From an uncultured Chloroflexia bacterium (lineage in GTDB: Bacteria > Chloroflexota > Limnocylindria > Limnocylindrales > CSP1-4): 64,000 nucleotides of DNA. The notes under the pieces were generated by a model. The model made no database searches, was not told where the DNA came from, and saw only the letters and a program-made list of their open reading frames with translations. The translations under genes and the position numbers were made by a program. The stretch is from the NCBI GenBank assembly GCA_963736545.1, contig CAVTPA010000001.1, positions 3,038,940 through 3,102,939 of the forward strand, given 5' to 3'. Below are positions 63,598 to 64,000 of the stretch, piece after piece. Each line of letters opens with the position of its first letter. Position 1 is the first letter of the stretch.

Positions 63598-64000
63598 GTG
63601 CGTCACTCCCGATCCCGGCGCCATCGTGCCGTCCCGAGCCCGGTCGTCGGGCTCCTCGCCCTCGTCGCCCTGGCGTTGGCCGCCTGCGGCGGCGCCGCGA
63701 CCGCAGCCCCGAGCGGCCCCTCGCCGACCGGCTCGCTCGCCCCGGCCGTCACCGCGACCCCTGCCCCGACCGACCCCGCCAGCGGCCGACGCGTTCCCCC
63801 TCGCGCTCGTCGACGACGAGGGGACCGAGGTCGACCTTCCCGCCCGCCCCGAGCGGATCGTGTCGCTCACCCCGGCGACCACCGAGATCCTCTTCGCCGT
63901 CGGCGCCGGGCCGCGCGTCGTCGCCACCACCGACTTCGACGACTACCCGCCCGAGGCGATCGCGCTCCCCGACGTGGCGACATACCAGGGCGTCGACGTC
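63598..64000 (+). pseudogene. BtuF-like periplasmic cobalamin/siderophore-binding lipoprotein, 5' part; frame changes near 63783; 3' end outside the window
   Basis: GTG 63598 encodes a signal peptide with lipobox (VVGLLALVALALAAC) in frame 1. The conserved mature domain (ADAFPLALVDDEGTEVDLPARPERIVSLTPATTEILFAVGAGPRVVATTDFDDYPPEAIALPDV) continues in frame 2. This ORF is not in the supplied track because it runs off the window. Confidence 0.6.

Overview
This 64 kb window is about 72% GC and is densely coding on both strands. Gene content and order look actinobacterial or Thermoleophilia-like, yet the housekeeping backbone is Firmicutes-like: dnaK (3' part), then a roughly 9 kb accessory stretch, then dnaJ-prmA-mtaB-HIT, rpsU-yqeY-pgpH-ybeY and pth-mfd. 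The accessory stretch holds a membrane beta-propeller protein, an ABC-2 exporter with one broken permease, vapBC, ppgK and two tandem YcxB-like genes. Other content includes a MarR regulator next to a roughly 1690-aa alpha-2-macroglobulin-like lipoprotein, and a 12 kb glycerol/dihydroxyacetone (DHA) cluster. That cluster reads glpF, dhaK, dhaL, glpK, then a GlpA-like flavoprotein with SdhB/SdhC/SdhD-like partners, dhaM, a ketopantoate-reductase-family oxidoreductase, ptsH, ptsI and plsY. Downstream are a SAM-cycle and methionine-salvage group (apt, mtnA, GNAT, ahcY, S9 peptidase, metK), manC-manB, a SWIM zinc-finger protein, a three-gene secreted-protein operon, and a cobalamin riboswitch in front of a BtuF-like binding protein at the window edge. 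The most unusual feature is a third DhaL paralog whose stop overlaps the start of a cytoplasmic GAF/PAS histidine kinase, which in turn overlaps an OmpR-family response regulator. This operon is divergent from an orphan dhaM-dhaL pair and looks like a two-component counterpart of the E. coli DhaL/DhaK-DhaR co-activator circuit. At least six otherwise conserved genes carry frameshifts (ABC-2 permease twice, YcxB-like copy 1, HIT, the macroglobulin, btuF), which suggests indel errors in the assembly or unusually frequent pseudogenes. Most long antisense ORFs in the track are GC-content artefacts. No tRNA, rRNA, CRISPR array, transposase or integrase was recognised.
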